Part shown: piece by piece, positions 16,309-25,041 of the stretch
Layout: every line of letters starts with the position of its first letter
How positions within the stretch are numbered: position 1 is the stretch's first letter
Assembly (NCBI GenBank): GCA_019694155.1
Contig: JAIBCN010000181.1
Span: forward strand, 6,523 to 70,522
Source of the DNA: Vicinamibacteria bacterium
Lineage (GTDB): Bacteria; Acidobacteriota; Vicinamibacteria; Fen-336; JAGNNV01
Length of the DNA stretch: 64,000 nucleotides
Direction: 5' to 3'
Notes under the pieces: model-generated
What the model was told of the DNA's origin: nothing
Database searches by the model: none
The model's input: the letters and a program-made list of their open reading frames with translations, nothing else
Program-made: the position numbers and the translations under genes

Positions 16309-18359
16309 TAGCGCGGGCCGCTCTGGAACAAGCGTTCCCTCGCGATGAGTTCCCGGGTGGTCGCGTCCGCGCCGCGGCGCGCCGCCTCGATGCGCGAGGC
16401 GCGGTCGGGCTCGCGCAGCAGCACGCTCACCTGGGCGCGCTTGAAGAGCGCCATCGGATAGGCGGGATGGCGCGGCGACACACGATCGAGAGCCGCCCGC
16501 GCCTCCTCGAAACGCCGCGCCGAGAGATAGAGGACGCCAAGCTCCAGATTGTGGCGGAAGTCCGAACCCTGGGCGATACGGGCGGCCTCGAATGCGGACA
16601 GGGCTCCCTCGGTGTCCTCGGCCTCCATGGAGAGTTCGCCGACCTTGATCAGCTCCAGAGCACCCGCCCGCCGCAGAGAGTGGATCTGCCGCCAGAAGGC
16701 AAGAGCCTCCAGCGTCCTTCCCTGTCGCTCGCGAACCCGGGCGAGCGCCTCCAGGACGGGAACACGGCCCGGAGACTCGGCCGCGATTTTCTCGAGCATG
16801 GGGACCGCTTCCTCCCACCGCGCGCCCCGGGCCAGGTGGAGAGCCCAATAGGTCCGGACGTCCGCGGATTGCGGCGCCAGCCCCCTCGCCCGGTCGAACA
16901 TCTTCGTCGCGGCCTCGTCGTGGCCGAGGGCGGAGTGGGCGGTGGCGAGGCGGAGGACCGCGTCGAGGTTGAAGGCGTCCTTGGCCCGGATCTGCTCCAG
17001 CAGGGGAATGGCGCGCGCGTACTCCTCGCGCACGAACAGATCGGATGCCTTCTCCATGACGTCGAAGAGAAATGCCATGTCCACCGGGCGCGGCGCGTCC
17101 TTCCGCACGACCGGAGCGGCGCCCGCGCTCACGTAGCCCAGGCTCGCGAGCTTCCTCCGGTCTTCCTCCGAGAGTCCGGAGGGCGCGTTCGCGACACCCG
17201 GTGATGGAACCGGGTAGTCCTTGAGCGCATTCCGGGCGGCCCGCGAGAGTGTGGCGGTAGACGCGATGTCCGATGCCTCCTTCGGGTCGGCCGTCATGTC
17301 GTAGACCTCGTTCCTGCCCGCGAAGATGATCTTCTGGGCGCCATCCACGGCCATGATCTGCGGCTGCCAGCCGTATTCGAGGAACGGCTTCATCGCCTCG
17401 CCGAGAACCAGCTCCGGGCCGAGGCCCGCGCGCAGACTGTCCGCGCCGCCCAGGCCCGCGAGGTCGAGGATTGTGTGGAAGATCCGTCGCGTGCTGACGG
17501 GCGCATCGACCGTGCCCGCAGAGACCCCCGGCCCCACGAGAACCAGAGGCACCCGCATGGTGCTGTCGTAGAGCAGGTTCCCGTGCTGCGCCTCGCCGTG
17601 ATCGCCCAGACCCTCCCCGTGGTCGCCCACGACCACAACCGCCACCGGGCCGGGAGCGCCGGCCTGAAACGCCGCTACCAGACGGCCGAGCTGTTCGTCC
17701 ACGGCCGCGATCTCACCCAGGTACGGGTTCTTCAGGTAGCGCGTGCGGAACGGCTCGGCAGGAGCGTAGGGGGCGTGCGCATCGAAGTAGTGAACCCAGA
17801 GGAACACAGGCCCATCCGCCTTTCCGGCCAGGTACTCCAAGGCTCGATCGGTGGTCTCGCGCGCGGGACGTTCGGGCCTTTCCACGTCGTCATAGTTCCC
17901 GAAGCCGCGCCCGAGACCGAACCGGCGGGCCAGCACGAACGAAGAGACGAACGCGGCGGTGCGATAGCCCGACTGCTGCAGGCGTTCGGCGAGAAGGGCC
18001 GGTTCCGCGGGCAGCGCGCGGCCGTTCTCGTGGATGCCATGTCCGGCCGGATACAGGCCCGTCATCATCGAGCTGTGCGCGGGCAGGGTTTCCGGCGCCG
18101 CGGCGTAGGCGCGGGTAAACCGGCGTCCCCGCGCGACGAGCGCGTTGAAGCTCGGGGTCTCGACGCCTCGGGCGTCGGGTCCGATCGCGTCCGCCCGCGT
18201 GGTGTCGAGAGTCACGAGCAGAATCGAGGGCTTGTTCGCGCGGAGGGGCGCGGACGAGGCCGGCTCGGCCTCATTCGTCCGGGCGCAACCGGCGAGGACC
18301 ACCGAGGCGACAAGAAGGGCGCCGGAGCGCAGCCGCGACCAGGATGGGGAAAGACGCAT
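16308..18359 (-). CDS. Sulfatase-like (alkaline-phosphatase superfamily) hydrolase fused to C-terminal TPR repeats; lipoprotein
   Basis: Lipobox LAGC. N-terminal LLVTLDTTRADAIG is the metal-binding motif of the sulfatase/AP fold. The position of the canonical C/S-x-P-x-R formylglycine motif reads ETLPAH, which is T-x-P-x-H. The C-terminal roughly 280 aa are TPR-like. Confidence 0.8.
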   Translation of the reverse strand: MRLSPSWSRLRSGALLVASVVLAGCARTNEAEPASSAPLRANKPSILLVTLDTTRADAIGPDARGVETPSFNALVARGRRFTRAYAAAPETLPAHSSMMTGLYPAGHGIHENGRALPAEPALLAERLQQSGYRTAAFVSSFVLARRFGLGRGFGNYDDVERPERPARETTDRALEYLAGKADGPVFLWVHYFDAHAPYAPAEPFRTRYLKNPYLGEIAAVDEQLGRLVAAFQAGAPGPVAVVVVGDHGEGLGDHGEAQHGNLLYDSTMRVPLVLVGPGVSAGTVDAPVSTRRIFHTILDLAGLGGADSLRAGLGPELVLGEAMKPFLEYGWQPQIMAVDGAQKIIFAGRNEVYDMTADPKEASDIASTATLSRAARNALKDYPVPSPGVANAPSGLSEEDRRKLASLGYVSAGAAPVVRKDAPRPVDMAFLFDVMEKASDLFVREEYARAIPLLEQIRAKDAFNLDAVLRLATAHSALGHDEAATKMFDRARGLAPQSADVRTYWALHLARGARWEEAVPMLEKIAAESPGRVPVLEALARVRERQGRTLEALAFWRQIHSLRRAGALELIKVGELSMEAEDTEGALSAFEAARIAQGSDFRHNLELGVLYLSARRFEEARAALDRVSPRHPAYPMALFKRAQVSVLLREPDRASRIEAARRGADATTRELIARERLFQSGPR

Positions 18360-18400
18360 GAGGAGCGATCAACGTTAACCTCGTCGACCGCGACCCGCGC

Positions 18401-19768
18401 ATGCCCGGCGAAACCCGAAACCGACTGCCCCTACCCACGCTGCTGTGGGCGTCTGTCGCCTTCGTCGCGGGCCTGGTCGTTCGTCTCTATTTCGTCTCGT
18501 CCCACGGCTCCTGGGACACTGAGTACTGGAAAGCCTGGGCCAGTGAGACCGCGAATGCCGGCGTCACCCAGGCCTATGGCGGCCCCGATGCCGTGCCCCC
18601 GGGCGACTTCATGCCTCAGCTTCTCGCCCAGAAGCCGCGGCACCGTGTGTTGTTCCGGGGCCGCGACTTTCCCATCGACTATCCGCCGCTCGGGCTCGCG
18701 GCCTGGGGCGCTTCCTGGCGCTTCTTCACCTCGAAACCGCGCCCCTATCGCGGGGCCGAGGCGGAGAACCTCGCGGTCAAATTCCCCGCGGTGCTGGGCG
18801 ATGCCCTGGCCGTGGGCGTATTGCTTTGGGCCTTTCGCTCGAACCCGCGTGCTGCAGCCACCCTGGCCGCCCTTTACTGGATCTTCCCCGTCACCTGGGT
18901 TTCCTCCGCCATCCTGGGTTTCTTCGATGGCTTCGTGCCGCCTTTCCTCCTGGTCAGCCTGCTCCTGGTCCCTGCCTCTCCGGCCCTCGCCGGCGCGGCT
19001 TTCGCCGTCACCTGCCTGATCAAGCCCACGGCGGCGGTGGCGCTGCCCGTCTTGTACCTTGGCGCGCGACGTCAGGATTGGGTGCGCATCACCGCGGGCG
19101 GCGCCCTCGTCACCGCCCTCGTGTTCCTGCCCTACCTTGTCGCGGGCACGTTTGAAACCGCGTTCATCCAGATCGCCCGCCTCTTTTCGCAGGACCGGCT
19201 CTCCGGCGGCTACGCGAACCCGTGGTGGCTGCTCGGTCATGCGGTGACGGTGGCCGCGGGCAAGGCCGAGTGGTCCGACCCTATCGACTACGTGCGGCGC
19301 GATTCCATCGCCCTGCCTCTTGGCCTCATGGGCTTCGTCGCCGCCGGCCTCGTCGCGTTGTGGATCCTGCGCCAGGCGAGCCGCATCACCACGCCTCGCG
19401 CCGCGGTTTATGTGAGCGCGCTGCTTCTCTTCGCCTGGGGCGTTCTCACCATCGGTGTCCACGACAACCACAACCATCCCCTCTTTCTCCTCCTCGTCGC
19501 CACCGGCCTGGGCACGCCGTTCCTCCGGGGGTTTGCGTTCGCGGCGGCGACCTCCACCCTGCTCGGCAGCGTGTGTCTGCACGGCCTCGGCCGGTACTAC
19601 GGCCCGCAGTGGAGAACCGTGCTGCCGATCGCCGACTCCGTGGCCCGGCTGCGGATGGCCGCGGGCTTCGATCTCACCCTGCTGCTGGGGCTGGTCAATT
19701 GGGCGCTCCTCGCCGTCGCGTTGTGGCGCCTGAAGCCCACGCTCGAGAGCCTGGAGAAGGAGCCCTAG
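18401..19768 (+). CDS. Polytopic membrane protein, putative GT-C-fold glycosyltransferase (DUF2029/PMT_2-like)
   Basis: 455 aa with about 10 predicted TM helices. A large first loop carries the conserved acidic/aromatic residues typical of GT-C mannosyltransferase-like proteins. Divergent from the sulfatase-like gene, 41-bp spacer. Confidence 0.5.
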   Translation: MPGETRNRLPLPTLLWASVAFVAGLVVRLYFVSSHGSWDTEYWKAWASETANAGVTQAYGGPDAVPPGDFMPQLLAQKPRHRVLFRGRDFPIDYPPLGLAAWGASWRFFTSKPRPYRGAEAENLAVKFPAVLGDALAVGVLLWAFRSNPRAAATLAALYWIFPVTWVSSAILGFFDGFVPPFLLVSLLLVPASPALAGAAFAVTCLIKPTAAVALPVLYLGARRQDWVRITAGGALVTALVFLPYLVAGTFETAFIQIARLFSQDRLSGGYANPWWLLGHAVTVAAGKAEWSDPIDYVRRDSIALPLGLMGFVAAGLVALWILRQASRITTPRAAVYVSALLLFAWGVLTIGVHDNHNHPLFLLLVATGLGTPFLRGFAFAAATSTLLGSVCLHGLGRYYGPQWRTVLPIADSVARLRMAAGFDLTLLLGLVNWALLAVALWRLKPTLESLEKEP

Positions 19769-21342
19769 AGATCCTCGATCCGGACCGCGACGAAACGGAT
19801 CATGGTCTTCCCGGGAACGGCCTGGGCGAGAAGGCCCAGGTCGTCGCTCACCACGCACGCGATCTTCGGATAGCCGCCGGTGGTGGGACAGTCCGAGAGC
19901 ATCACGATGGGACGTCCGTCCGGTGGAACCTGGATGCAACCGGGCACCATGCCGTCCGACACGATTTCCGTCGGGCCGGCGTGCTTCAGTCGCAGGCCAT
20001 CGAGGCGTGCGCCCACCCGATCCGAGTCGAGACCCGCGCGCCAATCCGCTTCGAGGAACGCATCGATCGTGGCCTCGTCGAAGTGACGATCCTGGGGACC
20101 GAGGATCACGCGAACGGCCGCGGCCCGGGGCGCGACAGGGACGGGATCGCGGCGCGCGCGATCGGAATCGAACCACGCCACATCGAGCCCGTCGTTCGCC
20201 TCCAGCGGGCGAAGGAAGCGGGACCCCAGATCCACCGAGGCCGACCCGAGAACGCGCGGAGCCTGCAGGCCGGAGATGGCGACGTAGGCCCGCGAGCCGT
20301 CTTCCACGCTTCGTATGGTCAGGGTGTTCGATGGGCGCACGCGGGCCGCGACGTTCATGGGCAAGGGGAGGCTCGCATGGCCGAGATCGGCGCGCTCCAG
20401 CTCCGCGGTGACGGTGGCGCCGGCGAGCGCGACAAAGGCCGTCTTCTCGAACCGCAGCCGGAGGCCCGGTCCACAGATCTCGATGACGGGCGCGTCCTTC
20501 GGATTTCCCACGCACTGGTTTGCGACACGGGCGGAGGCCGGGTCCGCGTATCCGGTGCGAGGGACAGCCACCCGCCGCAGGCCCGGGCGGCCCGCGTCCT
20601 GGATGGTGGTGAGAATTCCCGGCTCCAGGACCGAAACTCCATGGCCCGCGTAGCGTACGTTGGGCGGGACGGGAGCAGGCTCCAAGCGCGGGGTTGGGAC
20701 GAACCGCACACGGTCGCCCGGCATGAGTCGCGACGGAGTTTCGCCCGCCTCGACCAGGGGGTCGAAGAGCGGAACCGTCGTGCGGCCGAGGAGGTTCCAG
20801 CCGCCGGGCAGGGTTCGCGGATAGATCCCGGTCTGGGGTCCGGCGATCGCCACCGACCCGGCGGGGACGCGTGTCCTCGGGGTCTTCCGGCGCGGCAGAC
20901 GGAGGCGCTCATCGACGAAGCCCATGTAGGCGAAGCCCGGTGAGAAACCGAGCATGAGCGCCGAATAGTCCCGGCCCGAATGCAGTTCGACCACGCCGTC
21001 CCTGTCGAGCCCGCACGTCGTTGCGACCTCGTCGAGATCCTCGCCGTCGTAAAGAACCGGGATCTCCATCAGGCGTCCGGGCGGATTCGAGGCGGGAAGG
21101 TCGAGCGCGAGGGCCAGCAGCGTGGCGCGCAGCTCCGGGTAGGGCAATGCGCGGCGGTCGTAGATGACGAGCAGGCTCGCGTAAGTGGGAACCGCTTCGA
21201 GAACGCCTGCCGGCGACGCTTCGCGCAGACGCTCGTCGAGTGCCCGGACGCGCCCGACTGTTTCCTCATCGAGCGAGGCGCCGACCTCCACCGTCACCGC
21301 GCGGTCGCCCACCGGAAGCACGCGGGGGTAGGTGCCGCTCAT
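19765..21342 (-). CDS. pxpBC: 5-oxoprolinase subunits B and C fused (PxpB/KipI + PxpC/KipA; allophanate-hydrolase-subunit-like)
   Basis: N-terminal KipI-like domain (MSGTYPRVLPVGDRAVTVEVG...), then a KipA-like C-terminal half. Immediately follows pxpA. The start at the internal Met (21342) avoids a long overlap with pxpA. Confidence 0.8.
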   Translation of the reverse strand: MSGTYPRVLPVGDRAVTVEVGASLDEETVGRVRALDERLREASPAGVLEAVPTYASLLVIYDRRALPYPELRATLLALALDLPASNPPGRLMEIPVLYDGEDLDEVATTCGLDRDGVVELHSGRDYSALMLGFSPGFAYMGFVDERLRLPRRKTPRTRVPAGSVAIAGPQTGIYPRTLPGGWNLLGRTTVPLFDPLVEAGETPSRLMPGDRVRFVPTPRLEPAPVPPNVRYAGHGVSVLEPGILTTIQDAGRPGLRRVAVPRTGYADPASARVANQCVGNPKDAPVIEICGPGLRLRFEKTAFVALAGATVTAELERADLGHASLPLPMNVAARVRPSNTLTIRSVEDGSRAYVAISGLQAPRVLGSASVDLGSRFLRPLEANDGLDVAWFDSDRARRDPVPVAPRAAAVRVILGPQDRHFDEATIDAFLEADWRAGLDSDRVGARLDGLRLKHAGPTEIVSDGMVPGCIQVPPDGRPIVMLSDCPTTGGYPKIACVVSDDLGLLAQAVPGKTMIRFVAVRIEDL

Positions 21343-21350
21343 GCCGAACG

Positions 21351-22130
21351 CTAGGCCGGTCCGTGCGGCCCTAGAGCCTGGACCTTCACTCCCGCTGCTT
21401 CGAGGGCCTGGCGGACCGCCCGGGCGATCTCGATGGCACTCCGGTTGTCGCCATGCAGGCACAGCGTCTCCGCCGTCACGGCCACGGGGGAACCATCGCG
21501 GGCGGTGACCTTCCCATCCCTCGCGATCGACACGGCCTGTCTCGCCGCCGCTTCACCGCTATCGAGCAGGGCTCCGGGAGTGCCTCGCTTCGCGAGGGTT
21601 CCATCGGCCTCGTAGGCCCGGTCCACGAAGGCTTCGCCCGCGAAGGGAACCCCTTCGATCCGCGCGGCGTCCCGGAAGATCGGGGAGGTCGCGAGGCCCA
21701 CGAGAGTGACCCCTCCCCCCAGCCGGCGGACGCCCCGAGCGATGGCCCGGGCGAGGGACTCGTTCTTGGCGGCCTGGTTGTAGAGCGCGCCATGAGGCTT
21801 CACGTGCCACAGACGACCCCCGCGCGACTCCACGAAGGCGCGAAGCGCGCCCGCCTGGTAGAGCACATCGGTTTCGACTTCTTCGGGTGACGCCTGGATC
21901 TCCCTTCGCCCGAAGCCCCGCAGGTCGAGGTGCGAGGGATGCGCGCCGATGCGGATTCCCCGTTCGAGGGCGAGGCTCACGGTGCGGTCCATCGCGATGG
22001 GATCGCCCGCGTGGAAACCGCAGGCGACGTTCACCGAGGTCACGAAGGGAAGCAGCCCCGCGTCGCTTCCCATGGGCCAGGGGCCGAAGCTCTCACCGAC
22101 ATCCGCGTTCAGGTCAATGATGTCGGCCAC
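21351..22130 (-). CDS. pxpA: 5-oxoprolinase subunit A (LamB/YcsF family)
   Basis: MADIIDLNADVGESFG...NVACGFHAGDP, the canonical LamB/YcsF N-terminus. 259 aa. Confidence 0.9.
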   Translation of the reverse strand: MADIIDLNADVGESFGPWPMGSDAGLLPFVTSVNVACGFHAGDPIAMDRTVSLALERGIRIGAHPSHLDLRGFGRREIQASPEEVETDVLYQAGALRAFVESRGGRLWHVKPHGALYNQAAKNESLARAIARGVRRLGGGVTLVGLATSPIFRDAARIEGVPFAGEAFVDRAYEADGTLAKRGTPGALLDSGEAAARQAVSIARDGKVTARDGSPVAVTAETLCLHGDNRSAIEIARAVRQALEAAGVKVQALGPHGPA

Positions 22131-22155
22131 GGCGGCGAAGATCCCTCCCGCGGCG

Positions 22156-22995
22156 CTAGTTGAGGAACAGCCGGAGGCTTCGCGCGATCGACGCCTTCAT
22201 CTCCCGGCGGTCGACCACCGCGTCGATCATCCCGTGGGTGAGGAGGAACTCGGAACGCTGGAATCCTTCGGGCAGCTTCTGACGGATGGTCTGTTCGATG
22301 ACCCGCGGTCCCGCGAAGCCGATGAGTGCTCCCGGTTCGGCGATGTTCAAGTCCCCGAGCATCGCGAAAGACGCGGTGACGCCGCCCGTGGTGGGATCGG
22401 TGAGGACGGAGATGAATGGAATCTTCGCGTCATCGAGACGGGCGAGGGCCGAGGAGATCTTCGCCATCTGCATGAGGGACAAGGCACCCTCCATCATGCG
22501 CGCGCCGCCGGAGCAGGAGACCACGATGAGGGGCGCCCTCGTGGACATGGCCCGTTCGGTGGCTCGCGTGATCTTCTCGCCGACCACGACGCCCATGGAG
22601 CCCCCGATGAAGCCGTACTCCATCGCGCAGATCAGCACGTCGCGGTTGTCGAGCTTTCCGGAAGCCGAGACGAGGGCATCCTTGCCGCCCGTCTTCTCCT
22701 GGCCGTCCTTCAGCCGGGAGGCGTAGGCCTTGGTGTCCCTGAACTTGAGGGGGTCGGCGCTCGCGAGCTCACGGTCGAACTCCTCGTAGGGGCCGTCGAA
22801 GAGCAGTTCCAGCCGCTCCCTTGCGGTGATCCGGAAGTGAAAGGCGCACTTGGGGCACACGGACGCGTTTTGCAGCACGTCCTTGCGATAGATGATCTCG
22901 CGACAGCCCGTGCACTTGATCCACAGGCCCTCGGGGACCCGGTTGACCTGCTCGCCTACCGGCAGTTTTTGGTCTTCTCGCTTGAACCAGGCCAT
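22156..22995 (-). CDS. accD: Acetyl-CoA carboxylase carboxyltransferase beta subunit
   Basis: N-terminal Zn-ribbon (CTGCREIIYRKDVLQNASVCPKCAFH). Carboxyltransferase core GGSMGVVVGEKI...GGARM. Confidence 0.95.
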   Translation of the reverse strand: MAWFKREDQKLPVGEQVNRVPEGLWIKCTGCREIIYRKDVLQNASVCPKCAFHFRITARERLELLFDGPYEEFDRELASADPLKFRDTKAYASRLKDGQEKTGGKDALVSASGKLDNRDVLICAMEYGFIGGSMGVVVGEKITRATERAMSTRAPLIVVSCSGGARMMEGALSLMQMAKISSALARLDDAKIPFISVLTDPTTGGVTASFAMLGDLNIAEPGALIGFAGPRVIEQTIRQKLPEGFQRSEFLLTHGMIDAVVDRREMKASIARSLRLFLN

Positions 22996-23049
22996 TGCTC
23001 CTAGTGTATCGCGGCGCGCATTCGCGGCGCTTTCGAAGACCCGCCCTGG

Positions 23050-24135
23050 CTAGCTGCCGGTGGTGGTCGTCTCCCTCGAACTGGCGTCGAACACGATGCG
23101 CATGAACTGCGCCAGCTGCGGCGAACCGACGGCCGGCCGTTCGTGGAGGACGCGGTCGAGGGCGGCCGCCATCTTGCCTGCGTCGGCGTAGCGTTCGTCC
23201 GGGGAGCTCGCGACCGCGTTCATCACGACCTTCTCGAGCCTCGGAGTGACCCTGGACGAGATGAAGCGAAGAGGGACGATGTCCGCCTTTCGGACCTCAT
23301 CCATGGACGGCATGTCGGGGTTGCCGGCGAAGGGGCGGCGGCCCGCGATCATCTCGTAGAGGATCACGCCCAGAGAGAAGATGTCCGATCGGGCGTCGAT
23401 CGGGCCTCCTGTGGCCTGCTCGGGGCTCATGTACTGGAGCTTTCCCTGGGGAGCATGCTTTCGCGCCTCCACGTACGACGACGGCTTCGAGATTCCGAAG
23501 TCGGTCAGCTTCACCATGCCCGCGAAGGAGATGAGAATGTTCGGCGGGCTCACATCGCGGTGGACGATTTCCAGCGGCCGTCCGTCCGGGCCTTCGCGCG
23601 TGAAGGCGAAATCGAGGGCGCTCGCGATGCGCGCGGCCACGTAGACGGCGAGATCCAGAGGCAGCTTCAGGCCCTTCTCCTGCGCTTTCCGCAGCATGGT
23701 CTTGAGGTCGAAGCCGTTGACGTACTCCATCGTCATGTAGAGATCGCCGTTGATCTCGCCGAGCTCATGAACGGGAACGATGTGGGGATGATCGAGAAGG
23801 GCCACCGTCTTCGCCTCCTCGATGAAGAGGCGGCGGAAGTCGTCGTTGTGGGCGAGACCGGGCAGGATCTTCTTCAGGACCACGGTCTTGCGGAAGCTGT
23901 GCGGCCCGGTCCGCTGCGCCCGGTAGATCTCGGCCATGCCGCCGCGCGACAGGAGCTCTTCGAGGACGTAGGTCCCGAAGATCTTCGGAAAGCTCGGCCG
24001 GTTCGTCTCCTTGGTGTCCGCCTCCAGGAGCCCATCCGGAATCTCCGGCGCTTCCGGCGGGCGGGGCGCGGAGCCCTCCGTTGACCCGCCGGAGGCAAGG
24101 GCTCGCATCTTGGGACGAGAGTGTGCGCCGGTCAT
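23050..24135 (-). CDS. Ser/Thr protein kinase (Hanks-type), soluble, with about 90-aa C-terminal tail
   Basis: Motifs VLKKI (VAIK-like Lys), HRDVSPPNILI, DFGISK, and SPE in the activation segment. Confidence 0.9.
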   Translation of the reverse strand: MTGAHSRPKMRALASGGSTEGSAPRPPEAPEIPDGLLEADTKETNRPSFPKIFGTYVLEELLSRGGMAEIYRAQRTGPHSFRKTVVLKKILPGLAHNDDFRRLFIEEAKTVALLDHPHIVPVHELGEINGDLYMTMEYVNGFDLKTMLRKAQEKGLKLPLDLAVYVAARIASALDFAFTREGPDGRPLEIVHRDVSPPNILISFAGMVKLTDFGISKPSSYVEARKHAPQGKLQYMSPEQATGGPIDARSDIFSLGVILYEMIAGRRPFAGNPDMPSMDEVRKADIVPLRFISSRVTPRLEKVVMNAVASSPDERYADAGKMAAALDRVLHERPAVGSPQLAQFMRIVFDASSRETTTTGS

Positions 24136-24212
24136 GGATGGGAGGGGGAGGCTTCGACGTTACCAGACGCGTGGAAACGACCCGGCCGCGTCGTCCCGGG
24201 GCGTGAGCGCGG

Positions 24213-25034
24213 TCACATCCAGAACGCCGCGATCGAAAGCCGCATCGCCACCAGGACGAGAGAGGTGGCGAGGATCCCCTTGATCGAGCGAACCGCGATG
24301 TGCCGCGAAAGCCACGAGCCGAAAATGCTCCCCGGGAGCGACCCCAGGGCCACGGCGGCCGTGATGAGCGGGTCCATGTCGCCCCGGCTCAGGTAGAGAA
24401 ACGCGGAGATGGAAGCGGTCGGGCCGATCATGAAGGCCGAGGTGGCGGCGGCGACCCGGATCGGAATGCCGCAGAAGGAGTTCAGGACCGGCACCTGGAT
24501 GACGCCGCCCCCGACCCCGAGAAGTCCGGAGATGCCGCCCGCGATGAGCGACACCACCATGGCGACGGGGAGGCGCTTCATGCGGTAGCTGAGCGTTTTC
24601 CCCTCTTCCTCGATCCGGCCCCCGAGCGCGCCCGTATCCATGGTGGCGTCGTCGATCACATTTCTCTTCCCTGAGCGTGAGGTGACGATGAGGGAAACCA
24701 CGAAGAGGGTCGAGGCGAAGATGATGTAGAGCGCACGCGTGGAGATGTGGTGTGCGAATGTGCTTCCGGCAAGGCTCCCGACCGAGGTGGCAAGGAGCAG
24801 ACTGAAAGCCAGGGGAACATTCACGAGGCTGCGCCGCATGTTGACCATGGTGGCGGTGGAGGAGCTCGTGACCACGGCCACCAGGCTTGCCGCCACCGCG
24901 GTACGCGGCTCGACACCAAAGCCGAGGGCGAGGAGGGGCACGAGGAACACGCCGCCGCCCAGGCCGAGCAGGGCTCCAATCATCCCCGTGAGGGCGCCCG
25001 TGAGGGCGAAGGCGGCGAGATCGACGGACGGCAT
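24213..25034 (-). CDS. TauE/SafE (DUF81) family sulfite/anion exporter
   Basis: Two-repeat membrane protein with GxxxG-rich helices (LTGMIGALLGLGGGVFLVPLL ... GLLGVGGGVIQVPVL). Confidence 0.85.
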   Translation of the reverse strand: MPSVDLAAFALTGALTGMIGALLGLGGGVFLVPLLALGFGVEPRTAVAASLVAVVTSSSTATMVNMRRSLVNVPLAFSLLLATSVGSLAGSTFAHHISTRALYIIFASTLFVVSLIVTSRSGKRNVIDDATMDTGALGGRIEEEGKTLSYRMKRLPVAMVVSLIAGGISGLLGVGGGVIQVPVLNSFCGIPIRVAAATSAFMIGPTASISAFLYLSRGDMDPLITAAVALGSLPGSIFGSWLSRHIAVRSIKGILATSLVLVAMRLSIAAFWM

Positions 25035-25041
25035 CCCGGAC

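Noticed and set aside
19222-20943. 573-aa plus-strand ORF over the pxpBC region
   Set aside because: Antisense to a motif-bearing KipI/KipA gene. Arg/Gly-rich artifact of stop-codon scarcity.
22156-22995. Idea that accD plus pxpBC form a novel carboxylase complex
   Set aside because: The PxpB/C homology to carboxylase subunits is structural only. They function in 5-oxoproline hydrolysis with PxpA, which is present immediately upstream. Adjacency to accD is more parsimoniously coincidental.
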